Source: Chlorokybus atmophyticus
Lineage: Eukaryota; Plantae; Mesostigma and Chlorokybus algae
Assembly: GCA_009103225.1 (NCBI GenBank)
Contig: RHPI01001737.1
Coordinates: 310,511-374,510, forward strand
Length of the DNA stretch: 64,000 nucleotides
Reading direction: 5' to 3'
The notes under the pieces were generated by a model. It saw only the letters and a program-made list of their open reading frames with translations. It was not told the DNA's origin and did not search any database. Positions 27,973 through 39,778 of the stretch are shown here, piece by piece (positions within the stretch are counted from its first letter, which is position 1; each line of letters begins with the position of its first letter). The position numbers and the translations under genes were made by a program.

Positions 27973-30900
27973 ATGGCACCTTCTGGGCGAGGGTCTGTCA
28001 AGTACGGGTCGCCGCTCTTCTGCGCTCGGTGGGCGTATGCCAGCAGCGGTGCTGCCCCTGCCGCCCCTGCGGCCCCGGAGAAGAAGGCGGATGAGGCTGC
28101 CCCTCAGCAGGAGAAGCAGGTAGAGGAGACGGTGGCCACCCAGGTTCTGTCAGCGTCGTCGTCGTCGTCGAAGCCTTCAGGTGCGTTCGGCGTGGGTTTT
28201 GATGCAGGTTGTGTAGAAGAAAGTGCGCTGGGATGAGCCCTGCTTAGGGTTTTGAGGTGGTCAGGTGCAACGCGTTGGTAGATTTACTAAGGACGGTTGC
28301 TTGCAGTTTGTTTGTTGTGGAGGCAGCTGGAACCTTGTCGCGACAATGGGTATTGTCGGCGATTATTAACCAGTCTTGTCATGACTCTCATATGATCTAC
28401 CCTTTCTTTCAATGCAAGCTGCGACCATCAACGTCATGGTTCACTCCAATATTGTGTTGGACTTCGTCGACAACCGTTTTTATGAACGGCGCAGTTGCAA
28501 TGTGTGCATGCCAAACTGAACTTGTCTGTGTCATACACCTTTGCATGCATGCATGCATGCAAAGGTGGTTGTGCGCACAGACTCTCTCGTCGTCATACCA
28601 TTCACAACATGCCTCTCCGTCACTTGATGAAAGTTTCAACCTCGCAAACGCCACTTTCGTATTGGTGCTTGCTTGCGCTTTCTTTTCCTTCTTGCACTTC
28701 GTGCACTTCTTGCAATACTTGGCATACCATTGCATCTTGCTGTTGCATCAGCTGCAACGCGTACTTCAGCAAATTGTGCGTTACCCTGATATTGTACATT
28801 TACAATGAGTTGTGTGTATGCAAATCTCATCTTGGTTGCATGGCAGGCACAGGGGCTGTGGCGATCATAGGTGGGGGCGGCGGTGGGGGCAAGCATGGTA
28901 TACCGAACCGGCTCATGTGCGTTGAGTACCGTGATGGGGCTCTCGCTGAGGAGGTAACTGATGCCAACTCATGCATGCATATGGGCTGACACGCGCTTCG
29001 CATGCAAACACGCCACATATTAGACGCTCTGTCTGAGTTACTCAACTTGTTCTGCTTCTGTTGACTTGTTGGTAGCATCACATCCGTTATACTTGCAGTG
29101 GACGCCATCAACAAGCAAAACTGCTCTGAATTGTGCGATAAAGCGACAGCCTAAGCATGTTTGCGCTGCCCTGGCGTTTACTAATCAGCATGAAATGACA
29201 TTAGCATGTACAGCACTCGTGCACGGCCTTACGCACGCAATGTCTGAATGGGCAGGCTTCAGCAACAACCAGCACAGCTGACGAGTCCCCGCAGCTGCTA
29301 GCTCTGCACCCAGACGGCACAACCCTTGTTTGTGCAACAAGCTCTCGCTGCAGGTACACACCCAAAGACGCAAGATCCCAGTACAAAAACACAACAACAA
29401 CATACCTGATGCCACTGTGTTGCAGGGCTTTCGATGTGAGGATTCATTCAGACACCGTCGACAACAAAGACAAGGACCCCTCTAAGTGGCTGGCGGAGAG
29501 GACGTCTGCCGCCAGCACAAGCGCCAGCCTGGCAGCTCTCAGCACCATTGGCACCATACGCAGCCTCGCCTTCGCGCCTAAGGGCGACCGCCTTGCTGCC
29601 GGCACAGAGGTTAGCGCAGCGTTCTTTAATTGACCTTAATGAAGTGAAGTTAGTGTGTGATGCACCCTGCACACTGTCACTGCTGTTGTTGTTTACAACA
29701 AGACGTGTGTCTGTACTGCCTCTGAGACACTTTCCATGACATTGATATTGCTTGCCAGGAGGGCAGGTTGTATGTGGTGAAGTGGCCGTCGATGGCGTTG
29801 GTGCTCGACAAGCAGAAAGCGCACGCGGCTGCCGTCACGGACGTCGACCTCAAGTACGGCTGCCTCACCACTTGAACTCATCAACGAGAAGCTTGTTGGC
29901 TGAGCACTGTGTAATATGTGACACGTGCTTGCGCTGCCTACAGTGCGGATGGGTCTCTGATGGCGAGCACGTCATCAGACAAGCAGTGCGTGGTATGGAG
30001 CCTTCCGGACGGCTCTATGAAGGCGCTGCTTAATGATGAAGTAAGTCCTCCCATGTAAGTCGAGTCTTCATCCCCAGTTCTGTGTGGAGTTAGCAAGTCG
30101 CCATGCATGCATGCAGTGGGAGACTCGATTTAAGCAATTGTACATTATTGTGCAGAAAGGCGAGTATAGAGGGTGCCGCTTCGCCCCCAATGGTGCTAGC
30201 CTTTTTGTGGTGTTGAACGAGGGTGAGTGCATGTTGGTTATGTCGGTTGCCACTACTACTACTGCATTGGCGATAAGCATCCAGATTCCAGATCAACATT
30301 ATACTCTTGTGTCTTACAGGGAAGAGAGCGTCCATCGTGCAGTGGGACACCTTGGCATGGAAACCCTTGCGTCGCGTGGTCGCACACAAGGACAGAATAA
30401 CTGCCTTCACATCGAGCCGCAGTGGAAGGTTTCTTGCCAGGTCAGTTGCGACACGATTGTCCCACTTGTGGGCTCGTTGTACTCCACATTGTGTCCATAG
30501 TCGTTGCGCTCATGCCTGCGTGCCTGTCCCACAGTGGCACAGTCGAGGGCGATGTTGCGGTTGTCGATGCAAGGTCCTTGTCCGTTGTCATGCGCGTTAA
30601 GCGAGCCCACTCGTTCTTTGTGACGTCTGTGGACATCTCTCCCGATGACAGGTAAAAAAGCCACTCTCTTAGGCGTTGTCTTATGCCATGCATTCTTTCG
30701 TACTGTCAAGACATGAACGGTATATGCATCACCTTTCAGGTTGCTATTGTCGGCCTCTGTTGATGCCAGTGCACGGGCGACCGTCATCAAGCGGCCGACA
30801 CTATCAAGTATGGACATTACCTGTTACTTCTTTGCGATTTGCGAGCATGTTGCATATGCTTGATACTGCGCCTGAGCTTGTTACTGTGATTGGCTTGTTG

Positions 30901-31011
30901 ATATTTCTGTTGTGTGTTGCAGCCAACATGGTGAAGGTGCTGATTGCGCTGCTGGTCGTCCTGCTCGCGTGGATATTGCAACAACGGTCGCAATCGACAT
31001 CACGAGCCTGA
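27973..31011 (+). CDS. SEC12: SEC12/PREB-like WD40 Sar1 GEF with C-terminal membrane anchor
   Basis: KYGSPLFCARW, K-loop GGGGGGGKHGIPNRL, WD40 repeats (IRSLAFAPKGDRLAAG, AHAAAVTDVDL, AHSFFVTSVDISPD), TM segment VLIALLVVLLAWIL. Confidence 0.88.
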
Positions 31012-31632
31012 TGCAAGGCACTTTGGCTTTGTGAACATGACACCGAGATGTGCCCTCCCCCATTATTTAATCGCTATGCTTGTATCAGGCACTGTCGTAG
31101 GCTTGTTGACATGGGACGGTTTACCATAAGCATTCTGTAGTGGTTTGTCTTTGGAGTGGCTGCCAGTGCCATGAGCAATTGCCCACTTCATGTGTAGTTC
31201 TTGTTGCTGAGCGGATAAGATTTGTTGCTGGCATGCTGCATGATACACTGCAGCAAGCGCTGTGCAGTCGTGTGACAAAAGCCTTTACATCATGTACATG
31301 TCTCTGTCTGCTGCACACGTACTACACGCCATACCACAGTCGTTGAGTATACTGACATGCTTTGACCTGCAGTGTCTGGTGTCTGGTCAGGTAGTGCAAA
31401 AAAGCAATCATCAACACGATGTGCCTTGCCATGAACACCAACAGTAATAACAACAACAGCAGGAGCAACAGCAGCAGCAGCAGCAGCCATCAAGTGGTAA
31501 CGTATTAGCTAATTGGCTTCAATTCACGCCGCAAGCTGACATGGACCTGTCCTATGATGACGACGAAAATTGTCATCGTCATTGTAAAAGCATCGCACAC
31601 GCGTTGCTCAGAAGCCTCAGCGTGGCATCATC

Positions 31633-34437
31633 ATGGCCATGGCGGTGGCGGCGGCGGCGGCGGGCGTATCGTCATCGCCGTCGTCGTCGTCAGGCGTGCT
31701 GGTCTCGAGCAGCTGGCCTTCCTTGCCGGCCACCGCCAGCGGCACTGTTGCGGCGGAGGCGAGGCGGACGGCGGCAGCAGGAAGCACAGCCAGCAGACTT
31801 CTCATGCCTGGGTTGGGTTTGCTTGTGTGATTTATCTATCTGTTTCTTTCCTGTTTAGAGTGCTGGGAATGCTTTTGCGTACGTTCCACGAATTGTCAGG
31901 CAACAGATAAACAGTTGTGCGCTGCAAACTGTGCAAGCAGCAGATAAACAACTGTGTTTGCATGACAAAACTTCGTGTCCATGACATGTGCCGCGTACAG
32001 TCTTGAACAGGCTTTGCTTGTCGCTACTGATAAGCTATACGTGCTGAGCTTGCATGCATGCGTCTACACCGAACAGATTACAACAATGGGAATCACAAAA
32101 AAATACGCAACTGTTATCGCAAACTGTCAATGCACAAGTTCAATTTGTTCGTCCAATGCAAGGCTTGTTGTTACCTTCACGCCATAAGGTGGCATGTGGG
32201 CTTATTTTTGTTTCTTTGTGCGCGTTGTCAGGTTGCAAATAGCGGGGAGGCGAAAAGGCTCCCCAGCACCATCTATTCCCAGATCAAAGCAAAGGCAGCG
32301 GCGGCGATGCTCGACTATTACAACGCTGGGCGTAAGCAACATTGCCAACATTGCATGAGATGACTTTGAACACAACAACTGCATGAATCATAAAGTTAGT
32401 GAGTGAGTGAACTGAGTGATTGTGTCGTTGAATGTGCAGTTGTTTGGAGAGGAGCCGCCCGGCAGCGAGCAGGACCATGACGCCGCATTGTGGCAGCGCG
32501 CTAACTTGATCAAAAGGTGTGTTGTAATCAACGCACTTGCATACAGCATGGAATGGGTATGTCAAGCAGATATGCGAGTGGTGTGCCGTGTTGCCTCAGG
32601 TTGTGTCAAGTATGTGTGTGCTCGCTGCAGGCAGTTGCAGGTTGCTATAAGCGATGAGGACTACGCAGCGGCCGCAAGGTAAAACCTCTACTCACTCGGG
32701 CTTCAGAATAATTGTAATCAAGCCCACTGCGGATCTCTGGTGTAGTGAATCACAACACAAACAACAAGAGAAAACGCACATGCACAATGCAAGCGAGGGC
32801 ACGGGCATGCGTGTGCATGGGCACGCGCGTACATGCACACATATATGCACAGGTTGAGGGACGAGTCCGAGACGGTAGAGGGTGCGTTCACCCCGCAAGG
32901 CAAGTTCATGTTCTCCAAAGTGGACGAGCTGGCGTCGGGGCCAACAATGGACGCACGCAGGGAGGCCTGCACGGTGTGTGCAACAACTGTTGCTTACTTA
33001 CACATGCAGCTGATGAGCACATGCCCACGTATCCACTTGTGATCTTTCAAGTAAAGTCTCTGTTCTGTGCAGACTCTTGAGAGCATAGGGGACGAGCGCG
33101 CGCTGCCCGCGCTGGCGGCGCTGTTGAGGTCGGCGGACGCCAACACAAACATTCTCTGCGAGAAGGTAGGCAGAGAGGGGCTTGGTATTGGTTGTGAGAC
33201 CCGATCGTTGGTGATGAGTTTGCTTGGATGGTCAGTACTCAAGTGTGGCATCACCTGCCTGACTGCATGCGACCACATATGACACACAACATTTGTGCAT
33301 ACGCACTGCAGCCAGCGTGTTCCTACAGGTTTGTGTGCGTGTGCCTGCAATTGCATTGCAACTATGGCACATGCACGTGTGTCTGTGGGTGTGCGCCTGC
33401 GCGTGCCGAAACGTGCAAGCGCGTGCATGGCGCTTCTGCCAAAGGTTTTTGTAGATACAGAGCGTGTGTGAGATGACTAATTGGCAACAAGTACAACCGT
33501 GTGCATATGTTCAACATGCGATCTATACCAGGCCATGTGGGCGATATTCGGGCGATCGGGTCGGCCCGAGGTGGACGAGGCGCTGCAGCGCGGCATCGCA
33601 TTGATGGAGATCGCGTCGCAGAATCGCGCCACGCTCGTGCGCGCGCAGGACGCCTTTGGACAGGTGCGCCCACGCTATGCACAGTACATGGTGGTCTTGG
33701 GTTTCTGTATGAGTCTGTGGAACAACCTGCGAGTCCTGAGTGCGCAGGTGTGCATGCGCGCGTCTTTGCGTGTTTGCGCACAAGCACAAGTGTGCGCGTA
33801 TGTGTATGTGTGCGCGTATTACGTGTTTGAATTCAGGTGCACATGCATGCTCATGCGCATGCGCATGAACTGGCCTATGTGCATTTGCTAATGCGAACAG
33901 GCGTGAGTATGCATGCATGTGCAGAGATGTGTACTAACATTTGCGCATAAGCGCGCGTGTTAGCAAACCTGAAACTGTGTTGTGTTGTCTTGCGTATTCT
34001 GGCCAGGTGATACAGATGGCGCCGAGCTTTGCCGAGGCGTACAACAAGCGTGCTACAGTGCGATACCTCCTGCAGGTATCAACAAACTCATCACACTACC
34101 ATCACACTGTGCAATTCTATACAGACCTGCTCCAACACACGCACGCGCACCCAACATGTCACCACTTGTCGGAGTGCAGGAGTACGAGGGTTCCATTGAG
34201 GACTGCGAGTCAACATTAGCGCTGAACCCTGTGCATTTCGGCGCGTGGTCGGGGATGGGTCTGTGCAACGTGCACTTGCGAAGGTACGCGCGCGCGCAGG
34301 AGTGCTTTCGCCGCGCCCTCGAGATCAATCCCAACATGGACCAGATACGCAAGTACCTGCGCTCGCTTGAGGTTGCCATTGCCCAACAACAACAACAACA
34401 AGGGGATCAGCAGCAGGACCAGCCGCCAGAGAGGTGA
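31633..34437 (+). CDS. Probably plastid-targeted UVR + HEAT + TPR protein
   Basis: Ser/Ala-rich transit-like start, UVR motif QLQVAISDEDYAAAARLRDE, HEAT-like LESIGDERALPAL, MWAIFGRSGRPEVD, TPRs APSFAEAYNKRATVRY and LNPVHFGAWSGMGLC. Confidence 0.75.
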
Positions 34438-34738
34438 TCTGAGGGAAGTGGGACAGGGAGAGGTGAAGGGGTAGGGGTGGGTGGTGTGCATTGGGTTGGG
34501 TTGTGATTGGAGCGTGAACTCCATTGCTGCATTGCGATTGCATAAGTGCGCTGCGTATCATGTAATTGCGCTGCTAGTGTCAATAACTTGTGCACTACGT
34601 TGCTGCCATAGTTGCAGGGGGGCATAAATGTTGTGCATGACAGAGTTAGTGTAGGGCATGACATTGCAAGTGTACAAATAGAGGGCGTACCTGAACCAAG
34701 TGCCAAAGGCTATCGCCACGTTGCCTATCGCACATTGA

Positions 34739-35160
34739 GCTACATGCATGCACTCTTGTGTGTGCGCGCGCACACACAAGAGTGCATGCATGTAGCGGTA
34801 TACAAGCCCACCCCTTTTGTACACATGTCTAGTTAGGGGGGCGGTCGCCCCTTAGTGCTCCATAATCATTGCAGCCACCGCTGCCGCCAATGACCTTGTC
34901 ATTGTGTACAAAAGATGGAGCGCTGTATAAGACCGCATGCAAGGGGTCATAAGCATGAGACATGCATGTAGTCATGTACACGCCGCAAGCAAACAGTCAG
35001 CAGCAATCTTACATATATGCACTCTTGTGTGTGCGTGGGCAAGAGTGCATATATGTAGTGGCATACACGCACACCCCTTTTGTACACATGTCCCGTTAGG
35101 GGGGGGGTCGCCCCCTAGTGCTCCATAATCACTGCAGCCGCCACTGCCGCCAATGACCTT
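34739..35160. repeat. Two copies of a unit of about 155 bp, each with a palindrome and a hairpin-CTAG-like end
   Basis: Units at 34741-34897 and 35010-35160. Perfect 58-bp palindrome at 34739-34796. Confidence 0.85.
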
Positions 35161-38100
35161 ATCATGTTACAGTAACTTGCAATGTACATGCAATTATCTT
35201 TGACGGGCAAACACTGGTGGCATAGTTGTAACAATGTCATTTGCTTCTTGGCAAAGCTTGAAAAGTGTATGTTCAACTAAACTTTAAGTGTTAACCCAGT
35301 ACGCGGCGGCTGAGCTAGGGTCTCCAGCTTAACCCACTCCGTTATGGCGATAACCATGTGGCGAGGGCTAGGGCTCCACACCCCGTTCAATACAATATCA
35401 CATGACTATGCTAGTGGCCAAGTCGCGTGCAGAGTGGACCACTAGTGGCAACCATGCGAAATAAATCAAACATACTTAATGGAGGCGGTAAAACATTTCC
35501 GCATGCAAATAACATTGCATCAATGAAGTTTTCCCTTAGAAACTATCGAGGAAGCTTTACGTTTGATGTACTCAGAGGCCAAGTATCCGAGGCTACTTTA
35601 CGGTTTGATTGATTCTTGTTCAGCACATACTGCAATTACACATTGGAACGACAATTGTCACACTGAAAGTCTACGCATCACAACACAAGCAAACTGACCG
35701 TCTGTCACACCCAGATCGGGGCTGCACGCTGCAATGCACGTCTTCTTTGCATACTTCTTGCGAAAATTTCCTTGAAGGCAGCAGATGGCGCACTGCTACA
35801 ATGAATAAAACTCCACTAGCTAGTAAAAGATGTCCTCAGACGCAGCATCAGGAAGCGCCAACAGTGTGCTAACGGGCGCGCATGCTAGCTGTTTACCATT
35901 TCTATTGAATGGCCAGAGAGGCGCAAACTCGACGCACGAGCGATTAACGCAAAGCATCGGCTATTTTGGGCGATTTGCTCCACTCGGTGTGTCAACACCT
36001 CCATCAGGTTAAGCAAATCGCTTGCCCTTTCAGGAAAATCAACTTGCGTTTTGATGCTCGCTTGATCAACAATTTGAACTCCTTGGTCTGCTTGCAGGCA
36101 GTTTAGTTGCAAGGTTCGTGCCACTTGCCCGGTAATTAATACACCTTGGCCTGCAGCGCAGTCCAAGTCTTCTGCAACTCATGCAGGGTGGTTGGGAGAA
36201 CATCCGGTGCTTCATGTAGTCCAAGCTTAATATAGTGACCACGAATGTGAGGCAATTTGTGACTACACGGAGATGTCGTTCCTTTGATGCAGTGACGGAC
36301 ACATGTTGCCCTCCTTATAGTAATGCTCCCTACTGGCACCGATTGTCCTTACATGGAGTTTAATAGCCATTACAAAGGTGGGAATTGCTACATGTAGTTC
36401 AACTTGTAATCCAAGTTGGTTAATTAAATAATTTATTGCTATTGAGAGGGTGTTGTAAGAACAAGTGTGATTACAGCGAGGGTGGACTGTAGATGGCTAG
36501 ATTCTGAACAACAACAAACAATGTCCGTCAGGCGGTGACAAGACCGTCCTGCTTTCTCTTCAACTGTTTAAATAGTGATGCATGACGCTGTGGACCAGCA
36601 GCAATTGCCATCCTGCACATCAGCCCTAGCGCATCCACTTATGGACTACCACGACCCACTTACAACGACGACGACGACGACGACGATAACGTGCTGCATG
36701 CGCGAGGCCTGACCCGCTGCCTCTCCATGCGATGGCCGGTCAGTCGACAACGGTAACGGTACTGCTAAGCCAACATGTCCAATGTCGGCCATATGTGTCG
36801 CCCAAACGGCAAATGTAACATCCATCGCCGCTGCAAGAGCGGTCTAACGGTTTTAGTGATTATGTAGCAACCACATGTGAGAGAGCTGTCAGCATCATTG
36901 CTTCCACAACATCAAATTTCAATGAAGTATCACCTTCACCACTTGCGACCCCAATTTGTCCGCATGCTCCTGAAGTGTGGGGCGAGTATATTACTAGTCT
37001 TTTAAGGCCTTTGCAATTGGCAAAAGACCGAAAAAAGGCACAGAGTCGGCGGTCGCCCCTCAGCGCCGGCCCCCGCACATAGCGTGTAACGGAGTGCTAC
37101 CTCTATAGAGGTTCCCCGCCCTTATTTAGGATTAAATAAGGGTCCCAACGGGTATATACAGCCAATTAAGCCGTATTAGGGCCGTTAACCTAGTGTTAAG
37201 GCCCTAATGTAGTGTTACTTAACTGTAACACTGATATCGACATGAGACATGAGTCTCATGTCGATATCAGCTGTATGGCGGCACTGCTAACGCAGCAGCC
37301 GCCATAGCCAGGGGATCTTCTGCTCCGGCAGTTGCCCCTGGCGGCGGCGGTGTGGTCGGCGTGGCTGGTGGTGGTGTTGGGGTAGGGGATTAAAGGGAGG
37401 AGGGAGCACCCCCCTCTCCTTACATTGGTATCGGAGCACGGGCGGCAAGGGGCCTGTGGGAGGGGCGGCGGCAAGCGGCAGGGGTGGCGGCAGGCGACGT
37501 TAAACTAGTGGTAGTTAAAGTGTTTTATGTTTTAACTATAATAGTTAAACGCTGCTGCTGGTGCCTAGCCTAGCCTAGCCTAGCCTAGCTTGCCATGCCA
37601 TGCATGCCATGCCTAGCCTAGCATGCCTGTCCTTGTCTAGTTTCTTATTGTGTGAAGGGATCCGGCCATTCAGGCCTGTCCCTGAAGCATTACATTGCAG
37701 CACAACACATAGTAAAAATACATTGATTGTATTATATTGTGTGTGTACCACCACGTGGATTCGTGGTGGTGTAAGGGTTTTTCTATTAATTTGGAAACTC
37801 CCTTGGGGGAGGCAGTTCGGTGGCAACATCGACTGTCTCAGTGCCGCCATTTTGTGCGGTGAGGCCGCCAGAATTTTCTGAGCGGCCGATATCAAACTCA
37901 CCATTCACAACTGGTCGATATCGGCCTGTAAGGTCGATTTGACGAGATTTTGGCGCCTTAAGTGTCAACCACAGTTGTGAATTGTGCTGGGTTGTACAAA
38001 GTGAAAACTTTGAGAGATCATAACTCGTGAACCGTCGCGTGGATTCGCGCACGGTTTGTTGCAGAGTGAGTGTCTAGTTGAGAGGTGTGTGGAGAGCTCT

Positions 38101-38223
38101 TTTGGGGCTGTATGCTCCACCGTAACGCCTCAAAACTTGACGAGACAAGATTATTAGATTTTGCCTGTATTGCAGTGCACAATCTGAGTACTTGTGCACT
38201 TGCTAACGGCTGTCTTTGGGCAG

Positions 38224-39678
38224 ATGTCTGACCAAGGAGAGGGAGGTGAGAAGTACTTTACCGTCCCTGACTCATCGTCATCATACGAACCATCAAGTGA
38301 TGACAAAGTGAGAGACTCGGACACGAGTGAGAGCTACAAGCTCACTGAGAGTGACAAGGAGGAAGCTGCGCAGGATAGCGAAGCTTCTCCCGATCAATCT
38401 ACTCAGAGTGGGCCAGCTACAATGGACACACAGTCTGTCATTGGTGGGGCTATTGAGAAGTATGCGCGAGAGCGCAAAGTCTTGATCGATGCTCACCCAC
38501 AGCTTCGTCAGGAAGTGTGGGATGCATGGGCACAAAAGGTTCGTGATAGCTATGCAGCAGATTTTGCCACTCTCCCTCGCGCGAGCAAGGAGATGGTGAT
38601 CCGCATGATTGAGCACGAGTTGACGAACAATGTTCCGCCACTCGTGCGCGGTGATCCGAAGGTGGCTGCTTTGATGACTGTTTACGATAAGCCTCTCCCT
38701 TACCAAGGCAAGCGAATGGCGTTTGAGGCTTTGGCCAACTTGGGAGTGGAAACCTCACAGCGTTGCAAGGACGTGTTCTGGTACTTAGGACCTAACTTGG
38801 AAGACAAGTTGACTGGCCGAGTGCAGTTGACGGCACGCCTCGATGCTATGCAGTCTGAGTTGGTGGCGCTGCGCCAACAGGTGGCGGGGGCTACTTCAGC
38901 AGCTGGAGCATCAGCGGGGCTGCCGGTTACAGCACTGAACAAGCCTGAGAAGTTCAAGCCCAACGGCAGTGTCAGCATCCATGATTGGGTGGTCACTGTT
39001 GAGCACTACGTGACAGCAGTGAAGCGACCGGTTGGCGAGCACATTGCTGTTGCTGAGTTGCTCATGCCATCCGACGCTCTCGCCGAGTGGGCGAGGCAGA
39101 CAGAGGATGGTGCAACCAAGACAGTGGAGGCACTATTCAAGTTCCTTGTGGAGCGCTATGGTGGCATGGATCCAGCTACTCAGGCTCGCAACAAGCTCAA
39201 CAAGCTGAAACAGAATGGCCGGACGGCTTCAGTCTATCTGCAGGAGTTCCAAGCGTTGGTGGGTCGCGTGAACAGTGGCCTCATGCCCATGGACAAGGCT
39301 GAGCAGTTTGAGTTGTACAAACGCGGCTTGGATGCGCGTGTGCGCGATCAGCTGCAGTACAACACGGCAACGGGACTTCCTTGGGTTCCTGAGGACTTGG
39401 CCCAGCTGCAGAAGCTGAGCGTGTATCTGTACAGCGATGACACGGCGGTGCAGGAAAAGACACATGTGGCAGTTGCGGCCAAGCCGCACGGGGTGGGAGG
39501 AAAGCGTTACCCTCAGCCGAGTGCGCACACGGCAAAGAAGGCGCAGACATTCACCGGTGGCACATCTGCTGGTGGTGCTACACCCGCTGCGGCTCGCACC
39601 TGTTACGTCTGTCACCAGCCGGGCCACATTGCGAAGAACTGCCCCGCCAAGAAGGGCAAGGCCAAGAAGGTTGAATAG
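38224..39678 (+). CDS. gag: Gag with CCHC zinc knuckle
   Basis: Open frame of about 485 aa with LNKPEKF, LNKLKQ and CYVCHQPGHIAKNC. Confidence 0.9.
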   Translation: MSDQGEGGEKYFTVPDSSSSYEPSSDDKVRDSDTSESYKLTESDKEEAAQDSEASPDQSTQSGPATMDTQSVIGGAIEKYARERKVLIDAHPQLRQEVWDAWAQKVRDSYAADFATLPRASKEMVIRMIEHELTNNVPPLVRGDPKVAALMTVYDKPLPYQGKRMAFEALANLGVETSQRCKDVFWYLGPNLEDKLTGRVQLTARLDAMQSELVALRQQVAGATSAAGASAGLPVTALNKPEKFKPNGSVSIHDWVVTVEHYVTAVKRPVGEHIAVAELLMPSDALAEWARQTEDGATKTVEALFKFLVERYGGMDPATQARNKLNKLKQNGRTASVYLQEFQALVGRVNSGLMPMDKAEQFELYKRGLDARVRDQLQYNTATGLPWVPEDLAQLQKLSVYLYSDDTAVQEKTHVAVAAKPHGVGGKRYPQPSAHTAKKAQTFTGGTSAGGATPAAARTCYVCHQPGHIAKNCPAKKGKAKKVE

Positions 39679-39778
39679 GATTACGCCGTGACTGATGTAG
39701 ATGCGGTTGATAGCCAGTTGCTTGAGATGCAAGCAGCAAACTGGTTTGATGATCTGTCTCAAGTGCATGTAATGACAC

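Noticed and set aside
28400-28810. Antisense ORFs in SEC12 intron 1 (a Cys/Lys-rich one and a 59-aa Gln/Glu-rich one)
   Set aside because: No family motif or supporting exon chain; cannot be distinguished from chance without RNA data.
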